This document shows positions 57,919 through 64,000 of a DNA stretch of 64,000 nucleotides, piece by piece. The notes under the pieces were generated by a model. It was given only the letters and a program-made list of their open reading frames with translations, was not told the origin of the DNA and ran no database searches. The position numbers and the translations under genes are program-made. This DNA comes from Pirellulaceae bacterium (GTDB lineage: Bacteria > Planctomycetota > Planctomycetia > Pirellulales > Pirellulaceae), in contig JANRMD010000115.1 of assembly GCA_033761895.1 (NCBI GenBank), forward strand, positions 6,926-70,925, read 5' to 3'. The first letter of the stretch is position 1, and every line of letters starts with the position of its first letter.

Positions 57919-59917
57919 GTTTCGTCCTTGCCGCAGCAATCAACTCGTCGCGAGTGATCGAACCATCGCCGTCGGTATCGATGCGATTGAAAGAATAGTC
58001 CCTTACGATGCGCGGAACTTCGGCCACGATGACGGACCCGTCCTTGTTCGCATCGAACTTCGTTAGGAAGCTCTCAGCGTACTCGACTTGACCAGCCGAC
58101 GGCTCATCCATCCCGTTACTCGCGACTTGAGCGGCCAGTGCAGAGTTGGCCAGCGCAGAGTTGGCCGGTGGCGTCGCTGAATCACCTCGCTTGAGTGGCT
58201 TGGCGACTTCCAAAAAGGCAACCGACATCTCTTCCCAGGTTTGATCGCCCCACACAACGTACTCCTCTGGGGCTGGATTGAAGGGATTGTTTTTCGAATT
58301 GTCAAATGTCGTTGTCAACTCAAGCGACTTCAATTCACTAAATCGAAGTGGTTCGGAAAACTCGTAGGTATGCTGCCAGTTGAAGTCATACTGCGGGACT
58401 TTCAGCACCGTGCTGCGATCTTCCGAAGCAGAATTGCGTCCTGCTACCGCCACCATTTCAAACGACTTGCCACGCAAGTGCATATGCGGTGAAACGGCCA
58501 GCAGCACACCATCGTGTGGCAGACGATTAACATTCGACTTCACCACGTGGTTCGCTTCACCGGGCGGAATCTCGAACTCTTGATCGATTCCAATCATCGT
58601 GAACACTTCATGCGTCACTTGGTTGGCATCCATAAAGGTCATACCAATCTGCGTCGTGTCCGTTTGCTCCTGCCCGTTAGGCGTGTAATGCATTTGAAAG
58701 ACCAGCTTTGAACCCGCTGGGATCTTTCTGGCGAAGCCTGGCGGAAAAATAGTCGCTCGCTGACCAGGCACATAAGCCGTCAACCAGCCGATTCCCGCAA
58801 AGTCGACGCCGTCTGGGGGCCGCACAAATACAATCGCATGGTGCACCACGGAAGGATTGCCCGGCACAATCTGTGCCGACGCAACCCAACGATCTTCGGT
58901 GATCTTGGGATCAACCACAAAGTACTGGTAATCCACTGAGCCACTGGCTGGGATTGTGTAAGGCTTGTCACGCATCGCCACGACCAACTCCGGTTCCTTT
59001 TCTAGTCGCCAACCGCTGACAAACTTTGGCAAGGCAGGCAAGTCGGCTTTGTCACCGTAAGGTGTTCCCGCCTTGACCCATTCTCGCAACATCGCAAGCG
59101 CACTGTCGGGCATGTGACGTTGGTTCTTGAATGCACCAAACTTGGGGTCAGCATGCCAGGGCGGCATCCGCTTCTGTTCGACTACCTCCACAATCATCTC
59201 GGCCCAGCCGCGCACTTCGTCATAGTCCGTGATGTCGAACGTACCGATCTCGCCCGCTCGATGGCACTCGACGCAGTGTTCGTTGAACAGCGGTGCGATG
59301 TTCCTGCAGTAAGTGATATCTGTCGTCGTTGTCGTTTGTTTCGCGAATGTGATCAAACAGCCCACTGGATCGACTCGCGACTCAGCTGGCTCTTTGCCGG
59401 CTAGCACTGCGTCGATGGCATTCTTCAGATGGTCATTACTCGCGTTCGAGCGCTTGACACCCGGCGCGTACTGGTCATCGATGCGGCCGCTGTAATGCAG
59501 CTTGCCTGCAGAGTCGACCACAAATACTTCGGGAACACGAGTCGCCTTGAGTTGTCGAGCGATCGCTTGTTTATCATCGTGAACTTGTGGGAACGAAACG
59601 TTGAGTTCCTTCACAAACTTCTGTACGTCCGCTTCTGAATCATGCATGTTGGCATGGACGCCTACGAGACGCACGCCTTGCGCGGCATACTGCTTCGAAA
59701 GCTCTTCCAACCGAGCCGCATAGAATCGCGACACCGGGCACTCAGTACCGAGCACACAGTAGACTCGCAGCGTGGCATCCGCTAAAGAAATTGCCGCTCC
59801 ATCAACCGACTTAAGCTCCATCGATTGAAGTGCGGTGAAATTCGGCTCGTCAGCACGAGCGACCAACGAAACGAAAGCACAAGCGACAATCGCCAACCAT
59901 CTACAGTTCATCATCAA
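57908..59917 (-). CDS. Redoxin + c-type cytochrome + copper type II (PHM/DBH-like) monooxygenase + EF-hand fusion, exported
   Basis: GTECPVS redoxin; CVECH heme motif; Cu ligands VHHA, MHY, PHMH and EEM; EF-hands DANKDGSV and DTDGDGSI. Confidence 0.85.
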   Translation of the reverse strand: MMMNCRWLAIVACAFVSLVARADEPNFTALQSMELKSVDGAAISLADATLRVYCVLGTECPVSRFYAARLEELSKQYAAQGVRLVGVHANMHDSEADVQKFVKELNVSFPQVHDDKQAIARQLKATRVPEVFVVDSAGKLHYSGRIDDQYAPGVKRSNASNDHLKNAIDAVLAGKEPAESRVDPVGCLITFAKQTTTTTDITYCRNIAPLFNEHCVECHRAGEIGTFDITDYDEVRGWAEMIVEVVEQKRMPPWHADPKFGAFKNQRHMPDSALAMLREWVKAGTPYGDKADLPALPKFVSGWRLEKEPELVVAMRDKPYTIPASGSVDYQYFVVDPKITEDRWVASAQIVPGNPSVVHHAIVFVRPPDGVDFAGIGWLTAYVPGQRATIFPPGFARKIPAGSKLVFQMHYTPNGQEQTDTTQIGMTFMDANQVTHEVFTMIGIDQEFEIPPGEANHVVKSNVNRLPHDGVLLAVSPHMHLRGKSFEMVAVAGRNSASEDRSTVLKVPQYDFNWQHTYEFSEPLRFSELKSLELTTTFDNSKNNPFNPAPEEYVVWGDQTWEEMSVAFLEVAKPLKRGDSATPPANSALANSALAAQVASNGMDEPSAGQVEYAESFLTKFDANKDGSVIVAEVPRIVRDYSFNRIDTDGDGSITRDELIAAARTKRGK

Positions 59918-59967
59918 CGTCGAGTCCTTTTCCGCCTGGAATAGTTCTCTGCTTAACGTACAACTTG

Positions 59968-60188
59968 GTAGCGGAATGCGTCAAGCATTTCGGTATGCTC
60001 GTAGCGGAATGCGTCAAGGGCTTTTTGATTTAATCAACCGTACCGCGTTAGCGGCGGTTACGAAAGCAAAAACAGGGGCTCACGCCCATCGGTTGATTGT
60101 TATCATTCTGCATTGACATTAAATGAACAAGCCTTCAGCATTTCGGTGCATTGTCGCCACCCCCGAAAGCCTTGACGGCTTCCGCTAC
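59968..60188. repeat. GTAG-type REP family B cluster (GTAGCGGAATGCGTCAAGCATTTCG)
   Basis: + copies at 59968-59992 and 60001 (degenerate); - copy GTAGCGGAAGCCGTCAAGGCTTTCG at 60164-60188. The stems co-vary. Confidence 0.8.
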
Positions 60189-60272
60189 CACTTTCAATAC
60201 AGGAAACGCGAGCCACAAACGCCCGCGTTCCCCCAAAACCTACAGCCTACAGTCTAAACCGCTACAGCCTGC

Positions 60273-61583
60273 TCACAGATATTGATTGATCAAATTCTCG
60301 AGCATCTCTTGTCGGCCGCTTGCGTTCGGTGCTGCCTCACCTTTCGCCAGCATGTATTTTTCCAGCGAAGCCAATGACGACTTGCCGCTTTCGATTTCCT
60401 TACCGAGATCGCTATCCCAACTGCTGTAACGTTGCTTGACAAAGTCTGCCAACACGCCGTCAGCACGAATTGCGGCAGCGATCTTCAGGCCCCGAGCGAA
60501 CGCGTCCATCCCGCCGATATGCGCGTAGAACAGATCGATCGGCTCAAAACTCTCACGGCGCACCTTGGCGTCAAAGTTCACTCCGCCAGTCGTCAGACCG
60601 CCGTGCTTGAGAATCGCCAACATGCACTGTGCAGTTAGATAATAGTCGGTTGGGAACTGGTCTGTATCCCAGCCCAACAGCAAGTCGCCGGTATTTGCAT
60701 CGATCGACCCCAACACGCCTTGATGACCAGCGTAGTCGAGTTCATGCATCATCGTGTGTCCAGCCAGCGTAGCGTGGTTGGTTTCGATGTTCAATTTGAA
60801 GTACGGCATCAAGTCGTACGCCCGCAGGAAGTTCAAACAAGCGGCTGCATCGGAGTCGTATTGATGCTTGGTCGGCTCTTTGGGTTTCGGCTCGATCAAG
60901 AATGGGCCAGTGAAATTAATTTGCTTGGCGTAGTCGACAGCCATATGGAAGAAGCGAGCCAAATGATCGAGCTCGCGCTTCATGTCGGTGTTGTACAGAT
61001 TCTGATAACCTTCACGACCGCCCCAGAACACATAGTTCTCGCCGCCGAGTTCTTTGGTTACTTCAAGGCACTTCTTCACTTGGGCCGCAGCGTATGCGAA
61101 CACATCCACATTGCAGCTTGTCGCCGCTCCATGCATGAAGCGTGGGTTGCTGAACAGGTTCGCAGTGCCCCACAGCAGTTTGACGCCGGTCTTCTGCTGA
61201 TGTTCCTTCAGCGACTTGGCGATCGTTTCGAAGTTCTTATGCGACTCCGCCAGAGTCGCCCCTTCAGGAGCCACGTCGCGATCGTGGAATGCGTAGAAAG
61301 GAGCTTGCAGTTTTTCAAAGATCTCGAACGCCACTTCGACTCGCTTCAGAGCGTTGTCGACCGAATTCGAACCATCATCCCACGGGCGGACTGCTGTGCC
61401 GGGGCCGAACGGATCTCCGCCAGTGCCGCGCATGGTGTGCCAGTACACGATGCTGAACCGCAGGTGATCCTTCATACTCTTGCCTTCGATCATTTCGTCT
61501 GGGTTGTACCAGCGAAAGGCGAGTTGGTTCTTACTTTTCGGTCCTTCGTATTCGATGCGGTTAATGTCTTTGAAATAGCTCAT
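60273..61583 (-). CDS. xylA: Xylose isomerase (class II)
   Basis: [37 protein letters not shown] and GWDTDQF motifs. Start placed at ATG 61583. Confidence 0.97.
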   Translation of the reverse strand: MSYFKDINRIEYEGPKSKNQLAFRWYNPDEMIEGKSMKDHLRFSIVYWHTMRGTGGDPFGPGTAVRPWDDGSNSVDNALKRVEVAFEIFEKLQAPFYAFHDRDVAPEGATLAESHKNFETIAKSLKEHQQKTGVKLLWGTANLFSNPRFMHGAATSCNVDVFAYAAAQVKKCLEVTKELGGENYVFWGGREGYQNLYNTDMKRELDHLARFFHMAVDYAKQINFTGPFLIEPKPKEPTKHQYDSDAAACLNFLRAYDLMPYFKLNIETNHATLAGHTMMHELDYAGHQGVLGSIDANTGDLLLGWDTDQFPTDYYLTAQCMLAILKHGGLTTGGVNFDAKVRRESFEPIDLFYAHIGGMDAFARGLKIAAAIRADGVLADFVKQRYSSWDSDLGKEIESGKSSLASLEKYMLAKGEAAPNASGRQEMLENLINQYL

Positions 61584-62317
61584 CGCGTCAGCAGCCTCGG
61601 CTTGAAAAGGGGGTGTTTCGGAGGAGGAAAACCTTCCTGAAACAGCATGTTTTACCGTGAAAACCCGTTTTTCTCCAGGTGGCAACAGTGTGGTTCTTGT
61701 CTTCTTAATGGGCCTTAAATTGACCAATTTGTAAGGCTTGGATCTGTTTTCGGGCGGACGGACCTGCTTGGGCGATTGCTGTGAATTAGTCTACATCTCT
61801 CCGAAGTGTGGTATTCTTGAAATTCTAAACTGATCGAAAGCTTTCATAGAGAATCTCGACTTTCGGTGCATCAGAGCCATGACTTCAGTTTGCTATTCAG
61901 ATTGCAGTGCAACTTCTCCGAATTTCGCCTACACAGAAAAGTGTCTTGAGTTCGCTAGCGGGTTTAGGCTTTTGGCATACCCCAAGTCGCGTTATCAAAC
62001 ACTTAGGAATACCGGACAATATTGAGAACGAGTTGTTGGGTGGCGGAAGGTGGAACGAAACTTGGGAGTATGACCTATGTGTCAACGGCCTCTGGAAGAA
62101 CATCAAAATCCACTGGAAACAGTTTGGGTTGTTTTGAGCAGATCCTCCGGGGTAGAGATCAGTAATGCAACGCGCGACCTCTATTCCGCTCGACTCCAAA
62201 AGATCTTGTCAGATAACATGGTCACACTTTGAGCGTCCTCGATAGTAAAGACTCGCAAAGTCAAAAACGGACGTGAATTCGAACTCGAGATTGCGGCCGT
62301 CAGGCGACACCCATTCC

Positions 62318-62399
62318 GTCGCTCCGCGACTCCGCAGTTCTTTGGGACTACCTACCTGGGACTAGTATCCCAGGCTGTAGCATGCCGTTGCTCCGCAAC
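62318..62399. repeat. REP-like composite (GTCGCTCCGCGAC / CCTGGGACTAGTATCCCAGG / GTTGCTCCGCAAC)
   Basis: Three adjacent hairpins; the first and third show compensatory changes. Confidence 0.65.
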
Positions 62400-62649
62400 T
62401 AGATTCAGGTTTGAAAAACCTAGAAAACTGGCAACCAAGCACTAATGGGGTTGCTCCTATTGAGGTACAGCAATCCTGCGTCAATACCGAATTCATAACT
62501 GCCAGGAAAACTCGCCTAGGCCAGAATCTAAATCAATATAGTAGGTGAAGAACGTACTAGTTATATTGCTCTGTGCTGGCGGCTTTGAAGGGTGGCTTTG
62601 CACGTGTCTGGCCGCAAAAAAAAACAAGTCGCGTCATGGTGGACCGCTA

Positions 62650-64000
62650 ATGGACTCTGGAAAATCAAGACTGCGTCGCGTAGCTCTGCTGCCATTGGCG
62701 ATTTTGTTGTTTGTCCTCTTGGCGGGTAACGCGGTCGCTGCTTACTTGTTGGTTTGGAGACCGATTTTCCTAGGGAGTTTTTGGGTTTACCAGATATACG
62801 CCTTTTTCACGGCTCAAGCGGGGAGCTATTGCGTTTTGAGCGGGATGCTCGGGCGGGCTTGGATAGCTAGTTTTCTAATTGGGGCTGTGTGGACAGTTGC
62901 TGCTGCTCTCGTGTTCTGCTTTTACTGGACTTCAGCAGAGATTACAGCATTCATTTGCGGATTTATCCCGCTGTTGCTCTTTTGCGGCTGCTTGCCGTTT
63001 CTGCTGCTGAGAAGCTGGTTCGGTTGGCACCTGCATCGAAATCACGATCCCTATGTCGAGCCGTATACATTGCGCATGGGAGATATCTTCGTGGCAACGA
63101 CCGTCGTTGCTGGCTTGATCGCGATGGCAGTGACCTCATACAACTTTATGTACACGGTTGATGATGCCGATCGCGCCACAAGAGCCATGGGCATGTTACT
63201 GATACTTGCTGCGGCGACAGCCCTGTCATCGGTTACGGTCGTACCTGTAACAGTCATGTATTTTCGAGCATCGACTCGCCGTCGTCGAACTCTAGTGCTA
63301 TTAGGTTTCGGTGCTGCCGGGTTGATGGCTTGGACAGGGTTCTTTGGTGGCATGGCTCTGCTTTCCCAAATTGATCCGCTCAGCTTAATTTTACAGGTAT
63401 TGCCACCTGCGATTACCTCCGCGCTACTCTTTTCAACAGGACTGGTCGTCATCCGAGCTAGCGGTTATCGCTGGGTAGTCGTGAAGGCCAGCAACAAACC
63501 ACCGTCAGGAGTTGACGTCTTCTCACAAGTCGATCAGCCAACAGCCGGCCGCGCTTACGGTCGACGCAATCTAATGGCAACTTTGGGCATCGTGGCCGGT
63601 TCAATTCTCCTGTCCTTATCGATATCGGCGATTCAGCAAGTTCGATCTTCGATTGCCAGAACCTACGCAGAACTGAACGGGAAACTGGTCAAAGACGGTG
63701 GATACCTCGAACACGTGGAGCATATTCCGATCGCTTTGAAAGTCGGCAACTCAACTACCGATAGCACCTTACCGGAACTAAGCCAATTTGCCGATCTGGG
63801 TAGGATCTCCCTCGCGGGAAGTCCTGTGACGGAAACAACCTTGAAGTCGATCACCAAGCTTCGCTCGCTGCATGATATCGATCTTAGTTACACCGGTATT
63901 GATGATTCTGCATTAGATCGTCTTGATGGCAAAAGTTTTTTATCAAGATTGGCTTTGGCGGGCACTCGCGTTACCATCGAAGGAATCAATCGTGTGAGAG
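62650..64000 (+). CDS. Multi-pass membrane protein with C-terminal leucine-rich repeats (partial, runs off the window)
   Basis: Not in the ORF track. Translated by hand from ATG 62650 and open to 64000. TM region has GDIFVATTVVA and RASGYRW; then LRR-like LGRISLAGSPVT, LHDIDLSYTGIDD and LSRLALAGTRVT. Confidence 0.85.
   Translation, partial: MDSGKSRLRRVALLPLAILLFVLLAGNAVAAYLLVWRPIFLGSFWVYQIYAFFTAQAGSYCVLSGMLGRAWIASFLIGAVWTVAAALVFCFYWTSAEITAFICGFIPLLLFCGCLPFLLLRSWFGWHLHRNHDPYVEPYTLRMGDIFVATTVVAGLIAMAVTSYNFMYTVDDADRATRAMGMLLILAAATALSSVTVVPVTVMYFRASTRRRRTLVLLGFGAAGLMAWTGFFGGMALLSQIDPLSLILQVLPPAITSALLFSTGLVVIRASGYRWVVVKASNKPPSGVDVFSQVDQPTAGRAYGRRNLMATLGIVAGSILLSLSISAIQQVRSSIARTYAELNGKLVKDGGYLEHVEHIPIALKVGNSTTDSTLPELSQFADLGRISLAGSPVTETTLKSITKLRSLHDIDLSYTGIDDSALDRLDGKSFLSRLALAGTRVTIEGINRVR

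Noticed and set aside
61897-62199. Overlapping small ORFs (61907-62137 + and 61897-62199 -)
   Set aside because: No clear RBS or family motif. The + ORF (LGIPDNIE...WNETWEYD) could be a gene remnant but cannot be supported without a homology search.
1-64000. rRNA, tRNA, transposase, integrase or prophage genes; the many short antisense ORFs in the track
   Set aside because: No cloverleaf, rRNA, DDE/Y-recombinase or phage motifs were recognised. The short ORFs lie opposite or within well-supported genes.

Overview
Bacterial chromosomal window, very probably from a Planctomycetota genome (Pirellulales-like). This is inferred from a DUF1559 pilin-like gene, DUF4058, a Ser/Thr kinase-TPR protein, a redoxin-monooxygenase fusion and a PEP-CTERM protein. 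Coding density is high, with about 47 supportable CDS. Housekeeping genes include trpBA, serC-serA, hisD-hisC-hisB, gyrB, clpS and xylA, interleaved with sugar-catabolic, membrane and hypothetical genes. No rRNA, tRNA, CRISPR array, transposase or prophage was seen. Most notable: (1) a tightly coupled five-gene operon (Fe-alcohol dehydrogenase, exported PQQ-type beta-propeller, HemN-like radical SAM, lone GcvH-like lipoyl carrier, 2x[4Fe-4S] protein) that matches no pathway I know; (2) an unannotated ~190-nt long hairpin with 6S-RNA-like features upstream of clpS; (3) a GxxExxY nuclease-fold gene preceded by two tandem ~125-bp hairpin elements; (4) an Fpg/Nei glycosylase pseudogene created by an internal deletion; (5) a Trx-cytochrome c-copper monooxygenase-EF-hand fusion coupled to an MMPL transporter; (6) a PAS-GAF-pseudo-receiver protein with no kinase domain; (7) several families of REP-like palindromes, many starting with GTAG. 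Product names come from motif recognition only; no database searches were run.
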